Below are positions 1 through 9,444 of a stretch of 64,000 bases of DNA, one piece after another. Within the stretch, counting starts at the first letter, position 1. Every line of letters begins with the position of its first letter. The position numbers and the translations under genes are program-made. This DNA comes from an uncultured Candidatus Binatia bacterium (lineage in GTDB: Bacteria; Desulfobacterota; Binatia; Bin18), in contig OZ242288.1 in the NCBI GenBank assembly GCA_965207575.1, positions 254,639-318,638 on the forward strand. The letters run 5' to 3'. A model generated the notes under the pieces. The model saw nothing but the letters and a program-made list of their open reading frames with translations. It was not told the DNA's origin and did not search any database.

Positions 1-19
1 GCAAGATCGTCATTACGGG

Positions 20-589
20 CTAGGCTCCCACTCCAGCATACCGAAAACAGTCTGTGGTGTGGTCGTTGATCATACCGGTGGCCTGCATGAAGGCGTAACA
101 GATTGTTGACCCCACAAAAGAGAAGCCGCGCTTCTTGAGGTCCTTGCTCATCGCGTCCGACTGCGCCGTGCGGGCAGGGATCTCTTGCAGGGTGCGCCAC
201 GTGTTCTGACGCGGTCGCCCACCGACAAACTGCCAGATATAAGTATCGAAGCTGCCCGACTCTTTCTGGACAGCGAGGAAGGCGTTGGCGTTCTTTATGG
301 CGGACTCGACCTTCAGCCGGTTTCGCACGATACCGGGGTCGGCCAGCAGGCGCTCAACTTTGCGCGGGGTGTAGCGGGTGACACGAACGGGGTCGAAGTG
401 ATCAAAGACGGTCCGATAGTGGGCGCGCTTCTTAAGAATGGTGTCCCAACTCAGACCGGCCTGGGCTCCTTCGAGGATGAGAAACTCGAATAATGTCCGG
501 TCGTCGTGCACCGGCACGCCCCATTCCTCGTCGTGGTACTGAATCGCCAGCGTGTTTTTGGCCCACGCGCAACGGGTGATTGGCTTCAT
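20..589 (-). CDS. tag: DNA-3-methyladenine glycosylase I
   Basis: RCAWA, YHDEEWGVP, LEGAQAGLSW, GIVRNRLK and FVGSTICYAFMQATG..NDH..C motifs; start taken at MKPITR (589). Confidence 0.95.
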   Translation of the reverse strand: MKPITRCAWAKNTLAIQYHDEEWGVPVHDDRTLFEFLILEGAQAGLSWDTILKKRAHYRTVFDHFDPVRVTRYTPRKVERLLADPGIVRNRLKVESAIKNANAFLAVQKESGSFDTYIWQFVGGRPRQNTWRTLQEIPARTAQSDAMSKDLKKRGFSFVGSTICYAFMQATGMINDHTTDCFRYAGVGA

Positions 590-677
590 CTCATTCCTCT
601 GTCGATCTTTCGCCCAAGCAAATGAGAATCCTCGCTGGGAGGAAGGTGGAATAATCGTCCTTCTTTCTCTATATTTT

Positions 678-687
678 TGTATATACA
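678..687. promoter_or_regulatory. Palindrome TGTATATACA, candidate toxin-antitoxin autoregulatory operator
   Basis: Perfect 10-bp palindrome in an AT-rich patch immediately upstream of the brnT remnant and brnA. Confidence 0.45.
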
Positions 688-692
688 GAAAT

Positions 693-713
693 ATGTTCTC
701 CTGGGATATATAA
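693..713 (+). pseudogene. Remnant of a BrnT-family toxin (mini-ORF MFSWDI*)
   Basis: ATG TTC TCC TGG GAT ATA TAA directly abuts the brnA ATG; F-x-W-D is the typical BrnT N-terminal motif. Confidence 0.55.
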
Positions 714-1007
714 ATGGCACAGAAACAACCCGGATCATCAGCGCACGCCAAGCGTCGCGTAAAGAACGTGCGGCATATGCCAGACTCCAAAATTGACTTC
801 AGCGATATTCCGGAGATGAGCGACGAAGAGCTGTCACGGGGCCGGCGCGTTGGTCGGCCCAGGAAAGATCACTCCAAGCAATTAATCGCGATTCGGCTTG
901 ATCCCGGACTGCTGACCAAACTACGGAAACTGGCGGCAAAGAGACAAAAACCGTATCAAACCCTGCTGCATGAGCTTCTTGAGGAAGCCGTTGAGCATGC
1001 CGCTTAA
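714..1007 (+). CDS. BrnA-family antitoxin (RHH/CopG-like)
   Basis: IDFSDIPE, GRP, KQLIAIRLD and PYQTL motifs. Confidence 0.85.
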   Translation: MAQKQPGSSAHAKRRVKNVRHMPDSKIDFSDIPEMSDEELSRGRRVGRPRKDHSKQLIAIRLDPGLLTKLRKLAAKRQKPYQTLLHELLEEAVEHAA

Positions 1008-1051
1008 CACAGGACAGACACGGGCTTGTCGGAACCCCTCTAATATCCCCC

Positions 1052-3427
1052 TTACGGCAGCGGCCCATCCTGGAGAAAGCCGCGAATGACATTGGCGGTC
1101 AGACGCGACACATTATTGTCGTAGTTGTTGTGTGAGAGACTCCCGCACCAGGCCATAGAGCTGGCCGAGAACACCGCCCCGTCATTCGGCGTCTTGAAGT
1201 AGACAATGTCCGCCCGGATATAGGGATTCTGATCGCCGGTGCCACCGGCCGCAAAATAACCGCGCGCGTTGAACGTCGATTCCTCTGAGACCGTCACAAA
1301 GATATCGTTATGTCCCTCGGAGTGGGCGAGTAGAAAGGCGTTATGGGGTGTGCCGAGTTCCAGGTCGTAGCGGTCGAGCTCCAGTCCGGCGGCTCCACCT
1401 CCGACCAGACCGAAATTTCCAATCGGCTCGTCCTCGCCGATGCCTTCAAACATCCAGGCACATTCCTGCCGGAAGCTGTCCGGGGCTCGGCGGTAATAGC
1501 TTGAGGCCGTCAGCCCGAACGAGGTAAAGCTCACGCCGGTCAGCTTGCTCATATTCCGGCCTCGTACCCGCCACAGGCCGCCGTGTTTTCCGTCGAAGGC
1601 GTTGCAATATTCCCCTGGGCTGATGGTCCAGGCTCGCGTGCCGTTGTCACCTTTACGCACCTCGATGAGAGCGGGGTTATCGGGGTGAAACACCGTACAC
1701 CAGTAAAAACCGTTGGCGGCGAGGTAGAGCCAGCGCCCACCCTGCTGTTGGTAGGCTTCGTAGGCGTCCAGCATTTCTTCCGAGCAGTACTCGGGATGGT
1801 GACAGGTCAGCACGACGCGGTATTGCTTGAGCAGTTCGACCCCTTCACGTTGCAGGTCTTCATCTGTATGCACATCAAAGTCAAACGCCATGGCTTCAAG
1901 CCAGTCGGTCAGATGCAGGTCGGCGTTCAGTTGCCAGACCGACGGCGACAGCACATGCGTGTATTTAGGCCGCATATTGAGAATGGGCCGCAGCCGCGAG
2001 GAGATATGCACCCCCCAGCCGTCGCTATGAACAGTGTAGGTGCCGTAGCCGTAGCCATCCTTTTCCTGGAGCAAGAGGTCCCCTGGTTGCATCAGCGGCA
2101 CGCGGCCGGTCAGAAGCTGGGCGACCTGTGAGTCCGCACTGAGGTTTTCGTTGGCATAAGCCATATAGCTGGCCGTGGGAATAATAACCGCGATTTTGGC
2201 GGTTGGTCTGCCTGCCGGGGGGCGAACAATGAACGGGATATAGTCTTCACTGCCGGGCGTGTCCTGCCCGCCCAAACGCAGCCGGGCGGCGTACACTCCA
2301 CTTTTCAGATCTTTGGGAACAGGAAACTCGAAATCAACCTCCCAGCGCGCGTCGTCTACGGCGTCGTCATGAAAATGAATCGCTCCGTACTCCTGGGGCG
2401 CGGCGGTAAAACTCATATGATCCGCGGTCCAGTTGTGACCGGGCATGCCGCGCGACGGCATATTGATGCAGTGACCGTGCAGGCGGTGCAAGGAGTCGTC
2501 CAACACCTGGGTCGAGGCTCCGTTCGGAATGATATTGGCCGCAAAATCCCAGGCCGCGACCAGTGCTGGACGCAGCTCGGTCGGGAGAGGCCGGGGACCC
2601 TGCAGGACACGTTCGATTTCCGCCCGGTTGAGCACACGGTTGGCGATAGCCGGGCGTTCTATGCGTCCGTTAAACTTGGCTTCGTGCTCCGGAATCTCGA
2701 TGGGCGAGCGTACATGACTGAAATGCCCGCCACAGATGTGTCGTCCTGAATGCGCCTGGGTAGTTGCCGCGGCAATCAGCACCGGACAGTCATTCAGGGC
2801 GGAGGCCTGGGGAGAGCCAGACCGCTCGACTGCGGCACGGGTTTCTTCGATAGGGTGGATAAAACGCATCCCGTGCCCCGTGTTGGTGCTGGTCACAATC
2901 GGTTCTTGCACCAGGGTCATATGACCGCTGGTCGCGTCAAAGCTTGCAGCTACCAGATACCACACCTTACGGAACAGTGGTTTGCCCGAAGAAACCTGCT
3001 CGACCACACCCTTTCCCCGGCCTATCCGCACGGCCAACTCGCCCTGCTCATCAATAAACAAGCCGTAGCCCGTCTCCTCCGGCCTGGACCATTTCGTGAT
3101 GATGCCCTGCACGCCTTTGGTGGGCGTCGTGGGAAAGACAAGGGCCATCAGCGTGAAACTGCTGATATCGAACCGCGTATCGTGTGGCACGCAAATATAC
3201 GAGCCGGCATGGACGGCTTGATGACGTCCAGAATATTCGCCGCTCACCGAGGTTACAATTTCTTCTTCCTTATAGCCGGGACCATCAGGATTGGTATCGC
3301 CGTGGATGATCCGGACGATATCGGCCCGGTAGGATTCGTTGCGTTCGGAGTGCACATAAAATTGAATAGTCTGTCCGGGCTGAGCGGAAATCCGGTCGCT
3401 ATAGCCGGTGATACCCAGTGTCGTCAT
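1052..3427 (-). CDS. N,N-dimethylformamidase large (beta) subunit family protein
   Basis: N-terminal GYSDR, LamG-like segment, YGAIHFHDD, SYMAYAN, HPEY and ANGFYW motifs; start MTTLG with an AAGGAG RBS. Confidence 0.9.
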   Translation of the reverse strand: MTTLGITGYSDRISAQPGQTIQFYVHSERNESYRADIVRIIHGDTNPDGPGYKEEEIVTSVSGEYSGRHQAVHAGSYICVPHDTRFDISSFTLMALVFPTTPTKGVQGIITKWSRPEETGYGLFIDEQGELAVRIGRGKGVVEQVSSGKPLFRKVWYLVAASFDATSGHMTLVQEPIVTSTNTGHGMRFIHPIEETRAAVERSGSPQASALNDCPVLIAAATTQAHSGRHICGGHFSHVRSPIEIPEHEAKFNGRIERPAIANRVLNRAEIERVLQGPRPLPTELRPALVAAWDFAANIIPNGASTQVLDDSLHRLHGHCINMPSRGMPGHNWTADHMSFTAAPQEYGAIHFHDDAVDDARWEVDFEFPVPKDLKSGVYAARLRLGGQDTPGSEDYIPFIVRPPAGRPTAKIAVIIPTASYMAYANENLSADSQVAQLLTGRVPLMQPGDLLLQEKDGYGYGTYTVHSDGWGVHISSRLRPILNMRPKYTHVLSPSVWQLNADLHLTDWLEAMAFDFDVHTDEDLQREGVELLKQYRVVLTCHHPEYCSEEMLDAYEAYQQQGGRWLYLAANGFYWCTVFHPDNPALIEVRKGDNGTRAWTISPGEYCNAFDGKHGGLWRVRGRNMSKLTGVSFTSFGLTASSYYRRAPDSFRQECAWMFEGIGEDEPIGNFGLVGGGAAGLELDRYDLELGTPHNAFLLAHSEGHNDIFVTVSEESTFNARGYFAAGGTGDQNPYIRADIVYFKTPNDGAVFSASSMAWCGSLSHNNYDNNVSRLTANVIRGFLQDGPLP

Positions 3428-3440
3428 ACGTCTCTCCTTT

Positions 3441-3492
3441 AAGGAGCAAACGTACCCTCCATTATATCCAGATGTTGGTACGTTTACTCCTT
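3441..3492. repeat. Palindromic element copy 1
   Basis: aaggagcaaacgtacc-ctcca...-ggtacgtttactcctt; 15/16 arm match; 13 nt upstream of the DMFase large-subunit ATG. Confidence 0.8.
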
Positions 3493-3504
3493 CCAAACCG
3501 CGGC

Positions 3505-3927
3505 TTAGTCTGTAATCCCATAGGCGTCGAGTAAGGCGTTGAGGCGTTTGAGGAAAATCGCATGCTCGGCGTCTTCGCGGGTTGGATAGGCTTCGTCCGT
3601 TATTTCAACCGCCTTGCCCCGGACGCCAGGCAAAACACCAATACGATATTCCTCCCAGGGGCGTGTTTCGATAATGACGTGTTTGTCCTGCTGGGGGACA
3701 ACGCGCAGGCGATCCAGCAAACGGGCCAACTCTGAGCTGTCCATGGGGGCGGGCTTGCCGGGTTGGGCGGCCTCATACAGCGGACGGGCGCGGTGCTCGG
3801 CAATCAGCGCGGCGCGGCGCTCGGGGTCGGCGAGCGCCGGCAGGAGGTACATCCGGGTGTTATAGGCATCGACCGCCCGGTAGGAGTAATCGTCTTGCAG
3901 GGCTGTTTTTTCCGGCTTGTTTTCCAT
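3505..3927 (-). CDS. N,N-dimethylformamidase small (alpha) subunit-like protein
   Basis: LIAEH...S.EL.RLL..LR and EDAEHAIFLKR motifs; directly upstream of the large subunit; AAGGAGG RBS. Confidence 0.75.
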   Translation of the reverse strand: MENKPEKTALQDDYSYRAVDAYNTRMYLLPALADPERRAALIAEHRARPLYEAAQPGKPAPMDSSELARLLDRLRVVPQQDKHVIIETRPWEEYRIGVLPGVRGKAVEITDEAYPTREDAEHAIFLKRLNALLDAYGITD

Positions 3928-4060
3928 ATGGCCCTCCTTTTGTCCCACAACAGATCGCAAGCAGGCCCCCAGCCTAGCTGGCTCCATTGCGAAAGCCAAG
4001 ATTTTTTGACGAGTACTAGGATATCCCCTGAGAAGAGGAATGGATATGTCAGTACGCCCT

Positions 4061-4164
4061 CGTCATGCCGGACCTGATCCGGCATCCAGAGGCCGGGAGC
4101 CCTTCGACTTCGCTCCGCTCAGGGTGAACGGCGGGCCTGGATTCCTGCTTCCGCAGGAATGACG
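4061..4164. repeat. CGTC-type REP pair enclosing a second small palindromic element (REPIN-like)
   Basis: cgtcatgccggacctgatccggcatccag ... ccttcgacttcgctccgctcagggtgaacgg ... ctggattcctgcttccgcaggaatgacg; the two REP hairpins are in inverted orientation. Confidence 0.75.
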
Positions 4165-4190
4165 GGCGGCCACACAGAAGCGTAATCTGC

Positions 4191-5069
4191 CTAAGCGGCC
4201 GGCGCTGTTGTCTTGATATCGGCCAGGAACTCAATGACCGCCTGGCTGAAAATGTCGTTTTTATCTCCGGCAACCATATGGCCGGCATCGGACACATCCA
4301 CGTATTTGGCATGCGGCACGGCATCGAGGAATTCCTGGGTCGTTTCGTCGCTGATCACGTCGCTGAGTTTTCCCCGGACGAGCAGGGTCGGCACCCGCCG
4401 CAGCCCGCGAGCCGCTGCCATAAGCCGTTCGGGGTCGCGCCGAAAGCGGGCCGGGTTCATGAGGTTCGGGTCCCAGTGCCAGCGGTAACGGCCGTCCTCT
4501 CCCTGACGCAGGTTTTTGGCCAGACCGCTCACATCCTTTGGGCGGGGACGGTGAGGAATATAGGCGGCGATGGTATCGGCGACTTCTTCCAGACTCTCAA
4601 AACCGTCGGGTCGGGCGGTCATGAAGGCCCGAATACGGTCCACGCCCTTCTTCTCCACCCGCGGCGTGACATCGACCAGCACCACCCCGGCGCTCACCGG
4701 CTGCGGCGCTTCCCCTTCGGTCAGCATTGAGGTAATGCCGCCCAGGGAGGCCCCGACCAGGACCGGCCGTTGGTCGAAATGACCCAGCACAACGTGGAGG
4801 TCCGCAGAAAACTTCTCGATATTATAGTTGCCGTCCGGAGCCCAGCCGCTCTCTCCATGCCCGCGCAGGTCCAGGGACACCGCATACCAGCCGTGCTCGG
4901 CCAGGGTCCGGGCCGTACTCCCCCAGGCAAAGCGCGTTTGGCCGCCGCCGTGCAGGAGCAGGACGGGCGGATTGCCGGTGTCTCCCCAGGCGTCACCGAT
5001 AATGGTGAGTTCTTCTTCGACACGATAGGTTACACGTTGGGCTGAGACGTCTGCTTGCTGTTCGGACAT
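4191..5069 (-). CDS. Alpha/beta hydrolase
   Basis: HGGGQT, DLRGHG, GASLGG nucleophile elbow, AGHMVAGD. Confidence 0.9.
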   Translation of the reverse strand: MSEQQADVSAQRVTYRVEEELTIIGDAWGDTGNPPVLLLHGGGQTRFAWGSTARTLAEHGWYAVSLDLRGHGESGWAPDGNYNIEKFSADLHVVLGHFDQRPVLVGASLGGITSMLTEGEAPQPVSAGVVLVDVTPRVEKKGVDRIRAFMTARPDGFESLEEVADTIAAYIPHRPRPKDVSGLAKNLRQGEDGRYRWHWDPNLMNPARFRRDPERLMAAARGLRRVPTLLVRGKLSDVISDETTQEFLDAVPHAKYVDVSDAGHMVAGDKNDIFSQAVIEFLADIKTTAPAA

Positions 5070-5258
5070 GTATGCACTCCTGAATGTGTTCCAGTCGAGG
5101 GACGAGCCGTAAAATCGAGGGGAACCCTACCATTCAGCCCGAACAGTGACAAGGTCGGATTATCAGAGAGGAATACAGCTGTATAAAGTTTTCTTGTCCT
5201 ATAGGAGCTTGCCTCTTGTCTGGAAGATTCGTACACAGGAAGGGAAAAGGAGGATGCC

Positions 5259-6674
5259 ATGGCAAAGGACGATATCTGCTGGCTGTCCGCAACCGAACTG
5301 GCGAAAGCGATTCGGCGTAAACAGCTCTCCCCGGTCGAAGTCACGCGAGCGATACTCGATCGCATTGACCAACTCAACCCGCAGCTCAACGCCTTTGTCA
5401 CCCTGACGGACAAAGCCGCCCTGCGCGACGCGCGGAGAGCCGAGAAGATGCTGACGCAGCGCTCGGCTTCACTTGGCCCACTCCACGGCGTTCCATTCTC
5501 AACCAAGGACCTGTTGATAACCAAAGGGGTGCGCACGACGTTTGGGACACCACTCTTCGCCGACAATATCCCAACCGAAGATGCCCCCATGGTGGCGCGT
5601 ATGAAAGCGGCGGGAGGCATCCAACTCGGCAAAACAAATACGCCAACATTTGGCTGGCTGGGAGTCACGCACAATCTCTTGTTCGGGCCAACCCGGAATC
5701 CGTGGAATGTCGCCTTGACGCCGGGCGGCTCAAGTGGCGGAGCCGGGGCAGCGATTGCCGCCGGCCTGGGACCTCTGGCCATAGGAACGGATGGGGGCGG
5801 CTCGATTCGTATCCCTTCGTCGTTCAGCGGGGTGTATGGAATCAAGCCGTCCTTTGGCCGGATTCCGGTGTATCCGCCGAGCGGAGCCTGGAGTTTGTCT
5901 CATGTCGGGCCGATGACGCGGACGGTAGCCGATGCCGCGCTCATGCTGAACGTCACAGCAGGACCGGACGGGCACGATCAGTACTCTCTACCGGCGGACA
6001 CGACCGACTATGTCAAGGCCCTCAAGGGCTCAATGGAAGGCTGGCGGGTAGCATGGTGCGATGATCTGGGCTCTACCAAGGCGCTCGACCCGGAGGTCAA
6101 AACCCTGTGCGCCAGAGCAGCCCGACGGTTCAGGGACCTGGGGTGTCGGGTCGAAAGCGTCAAACCCAAGTGGCCGAACCCGCAACCGGCCTGGGAGGGG
6201 CTGTTTTGTGGCGGGATTGCCGCCCGGCTGGGACCGGCGCTTAAAACGCGCCGGTCGGATATTGATCCCAATCTGGTGAAGCTGATTGAGAAAACGCATA
6301 AATGGAAAGCCAACCACTATATTGACGCGTGGTTCGCGCGCCTGGACTGGAATACCGGGGTCCAGAAGTTTTTTGAGAAATACACCCTGCTACTCACCCC
6401 GACCCTGCCCTGCCCGCCGTTTGCGGTCGGGCTCGACAACGCCAAATCGGTGAACGGCACCCGGCTCGCCCCGTACGAGTGGCTTACCTTTACGTTTCCC
6501 TTCAATCTGACCGGGAATCCCGCGGCTTCCATTCCGTGCGGGTTTACGAAGGCGGGCCTACCAGTCGGACTCCAAATTGTGGGACGACGGTTTGACGACG
6601 CCGGCGTGCTGCGCGCCTCCGCGGCGTTCGAGAAGATGAGCCCCTGGCAAGCGACCAAACCGGCCATTGGGTAG
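5259..6674 (+). CDS. Amidase signature family enzyme
   Basis: PLHGVP..KD, GGSSGG and GTDGGGSIRIP catalytic motifs. Confidence 0.93.
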   Translation: MAKDDICWLSATELAKAIRRKQLSPVEVTRAILDRIDQLNPQLNAFVTLTDKAALRDARRAEKMLTQRSASLGPLHGVPFSTKDLLITKGVRTTFGTPLFADNIPTEDAPMVARMKAAGGIQLGKTNTPTFGWLGVTHNLLFGPTRNPWNVALTPGGSSGGAGAAIAAGLGPLAIGTDGGGSIRIPSSFSGVYGIKPSFGRIPVYPPSGAWSLSHVGPMTRTVADAALMLNVTAGPDGHDQYSLPADTTDYVKALKGSMEGWRVAWCDDLGSTKALDPEVKTLCARAARRFRDLGCRVESVKPKWPNPQPAWEGLFCGGIAARLGPALKTRRSDIDPNLVKLIEKTHKWKANHYIDAWFARLDWNTGVQKFFEKYTLLLTPTLPCPPFAVGLDNAKSVNGTRLAPYEWLTFTFPFNLTGNPAASIPCGFTKAGLPVGLQIVGRRFDDAGVLRASAAFEKMSPWQATKPAIG

Positions 6675-6701
6675 GGGGAGCGGGCCGAAGACGATCCTCG
6701 C

Positions 6702-8441
6702 CTAGCGTGCCGCTTCGACCCGCACGGTCACGATGTCGATATCGTGGTATTGCTGGTGGCGGACCGAGGCCGCGAAATGTTTCAGCAGGCGGAGAGAAAT
6801 CTCGTGCTCTTCTGGTATGGTGCTCCCCTCACCGAGCAGGACCATGCGGTCTTCGAGATTTTCATCCCCGACCGCGGCCACAAATTCCAACTCGATTTCT
6901 GCGCCGTCGCCACGCGCAACAATAAAGAGCCGCCGCTTGTCGGGGGTGGTTTCATCCTCCGGCTGCACCAGACTCAGCAGCGTTTCCTCACCGGCCGCGC
7001 ACAAGCGTTCCATCGAGGCGGTATTCCAGCCGAAGCGTGACGCCAGCTCACGTAGAAACCCATCGATCTTGGGCAGGGCCGCTATGTCCAGGTCCATTTC
7101 CAGGCGGTGGCGGCGCGGACCCGTCAGTTCCGTGAACAGAGTCAGGACGAGAACGGCCAGGCCGCCGGCCGTCATGCCGTTGCCGAGCAGCGCCCCCCAC
7201 TGCTCGCCGAGTTGGGCGGCGAAGATGTCCTGGTTCTGAAAGCCCGCGCCGAGCCAGAAGGAAATCCCGACCACTACGCCTTTCCGATAGTCGAGTCCGT
7301 CCTGCATGACGATCTTCATACCCTGGACGAAAAGCATGCCCATCAGCACCATGACATAGGCGGCAACCACCGGGCTGGGAATGGCGAGGATCAGGGCGGC
7401 CACCTTGGGCAAAAAGGCGAGAGCGATGAAAATGAGACCGAGGCTGACCCCGACATTGCGCGCCGCCACGCCGGTCAGTTCGGTGAGCGGAATACTGCTC
7501 GAATAGGTCGTATTCGGCACGGTACTGGCCAGACCGGACAACAGATTGCCCAGGCCATCGGCGTTCACCGCACCCTGAACCGTTCGGAAATCGATCGCCC
7601 GGGGGGTGCGCCATGAGACGCGCTGAATGGCCACCGAATCGCCTATTGTTTCAATGGCACCGACCAGGGTCACAAACACAAAGGCCGGCAGCAGCACCCA
7701 GAACTCGCTCCCAAACGACAGGTCAAAGCCCGGCCAGCCGGATGTCGGCATGCCAACCCAATCCGCCTCGACCACGCGCGCAACGTCATACAGCCCGAAG
7801 AACGAGGCAACCAGACAGCCCACCGCAATGCCGATGACCGGTGCCCAGAGCCGCCATACGCCCGACGCGCGCAACGCCAGCACCGCAATGGCGACCAGGG
7901 TGGCCGTGGCGGACACCGGTGCGGCGGCCGACGACGCGCCCTCGGGCACAACCGACACCATCTGAAACGCGATGGGCATAATGGTCACGGCAATCAGCGC
8001 GACCACCGTGCCCGAAACAACCGGCGTAATGATCCGCCGTAAGAGCGATAGCCGAGTCGCCAGGGTGAACTGGAACAAGGACGAGATAAAGATGAGCGTC
8101 GCCAGCAAGGCCGGCCCGCCCTTCACCAGGGCGGTGATGCACACCGCGATAAAGGCGCCGGAGGTTCCCATGATCAGGATGTGGCCGGCTCCGAAGCGCC
8201 CGACCCGGACGGCTTGCAGGACGGTGGTTGACCCGCTGATGATAAGCGCCGCAAAGATCGCCCAAGACAGATAAACCTCGCTCTGGTCGGCCGCCCGGAT
8301 CACAATCGCGGGGGTCAATACTATTCCGGCCACTACCAGCATGGCTGCCTGAAAGCCGATACCGAAGGAGAGCAGGGGCGGTGGGTTTTCGTTGGGTTCG
8401 TAGCGAATGGAGTCTTTGCCGCGCGTCGTGTCTGATTCCAT
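6702..8441 (-). CDS. NCS2 (xanthine/uracil) permease with C-terminal soluble extension
   Basis: Many transmembrane segments, GTSGAF, ETIGD, ADGLG and PNTTYS motifs; ~140-aa C-terminal tail. Confidence 0.85.
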   Translation of the reverse strand: MESDTTRGKDSIRYEPNENPPPLLSFGIGFQAAMLVVAGIVLTPAIVIRAADQSEVYLSWAIFAALIISGSTTVLQAVRVGRFGAGHILIMGTSGAFIAVCITALVKGGPALLATLIFISSLFQFTLATRLSLLRRIITPVVSGTVVALIAVTIMPIAFQMVSVVPEGASSAAAPVSATATLVAIAVLALRASGVWRLWAPVIGIAVGCLVASFFGLYDVARVVEADWVGMPTSGWPGFDLSFGSEFWVLLPAFVFVTLVGAIETIGDSVAIQRVSWRTPRAIDFRTVQGAVNADGLGNLLSGLASTVPNTTYSSSIPLTELTGVAARNVGVSLGLIFIALAFLPKVAALILAIPSPVVAAYVMVLMGMLFVQGMKIVMQDGLDYRKGVVVGISFWLGAGFQNQDIFAAQLGEQWGALLGNGMTAGGLAVLVLTLFTELTGPRRHRLEMDLDIAALPKIDGFLRELASRFGWNTASMERLCAAGEETLLSLVQPEDETTPDKRRLFIVARGDGAEIELEFVAAVGDENLEDRMVLLGEGSTIPEEHEISLRLLKHFAASVRHQQYHDIDIVTVRVEAAR

Positions 8442-8482
8442 AGGTACACAATCTCGCTTGTTTAGCGGGCCGTATACATGGC

Positions 8483-8517
8483 GAGAGTCCCGCAGTTCTT
8501 GGAATTACGGGACTCTC
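8483..8517 (-). terminator. Hairpin downstream of the tRNA
   Basis: gagagtcccg / cgggactctc 10-bp inverted repeat; no clear U tract. Confidence 0.5.
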
Positions 8518-8520
8518 ATA

Positions 8521-8596
<76 letters not shown>

Positions 8597-8630
8597 CAGG
8601 ATAGCAATGCGGCTGGTGCCGCGTCGGATA

Positions 8631-8659
8631 GATGTAGCGCCCCGAAAAGATGGCGTCAA
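8631..8659 (-). promoter_or_regulatory. Candidate sigma70 promoter of the tRNA
   Basis: TTGACG-17 nt-TACATC on the minus strand. Confidence 0.4.
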
Positions 8660-8667
8660 GACCAAGG

Positions 8668-9444
8668 TTAAGGTCGTGATTGCGCAGGCCTTTCAACCAG
8701 ATGCTTCAGGCGTTTGACCTCTTGTGGGGTCAGCATCCGGTAGGCACCCACCGGGACATCTAAACTGAGCGGGCCGTACTGCACGCGGACCAATTTCTCT
8801 ACCCGATAGCCGAGCGCCTCACACATCCGGCGCACCTCGCGGTTGCGTCCTTCGCGTAGCACAAGTTCGAGCCAGGTTTTTCGAGCCGTTGTCCGGAGAA
8901 TATGCGCCTTGGCGGGAGCCGCGAGAGTGCCGTCGTCCAATGGTACGCCGTGGCGAAGCTCGGCCAGCGCTCTGCTGGCGACGACACCGCCGACCTTTGC
9001 CTGATAGGTGCGAGGCACCTGAAAACGGGGATGGAGGAGACGTTCTGTCAGCGCACCGTCATTGGTCAGCAGCAGCAGCCCGGACGAGTCATAGTCGAGA
9101 CGGCCGACCGGAAAGAGACGTTCGCGAACGCCGGAGAGCAAATCGCGGACCGTTGGGCGGCCCTCCGGGTCTTTGAGGGTGCTGACCACACGCGGCGGTT
9201 TATGCAGCAGGAAATACAGCCATCCGGTGGGCAACTCGATCAGGTGCCCGTCAACTTCAATGCGATCCTGTCGCGGGTCCGCCGTTGTTCCCAGACGCGT
9301 GACCGTTTGTCCATTTACCTGGACTCGACCGGCCTGGATCAACCGCTCCGCTGCCCGCCGCGAAGAGATCCCGGCCTGACTCAGGATCTTCTGGAGCCGT
9401 TGGGTCTTGGCTGTCTTCTGCGTGCGCATTTGCCGTTGGCTCAT
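8668..9444 (-). CDS. rluB: rRNA pseudouridine synthase (RluB/RsuA family)
   Basis: RLQKILSQAG.SRR S4 domain, VGRLD and EGRNREVRRM; start uncertain (9444 or 9429). Confidence 0.9.
   Translation of the reverse strand: MSQRQMRTQKTAKTQRLQKILSQAGISSRRAAERLIQAGRVQVNGQTVTRLGTTADPRQDRIEVDGHLIELPTGWLYFLLHKPPRVVSTLKDPEGRPTVRDLLSGVRERLFPVGRLDYDSSGLLLLTNDGALTERLLHPRFQVPRTYQAKVGGVVASRALAELRHGVPLDDGTLAAPAKAHILRTTARKTWLELVLREGRNREVRRMCEALGYRVEKLVRVQYGPLSLDVPVGAYRMLTPQEVKRLKHLVERPAQSRP

Noticed and set aside
2601-2612. ggacacgtt inside the DMFase gene (and similar short hits near 24438 and 35585)
   Set aside because: Short chance matches without a second arm.
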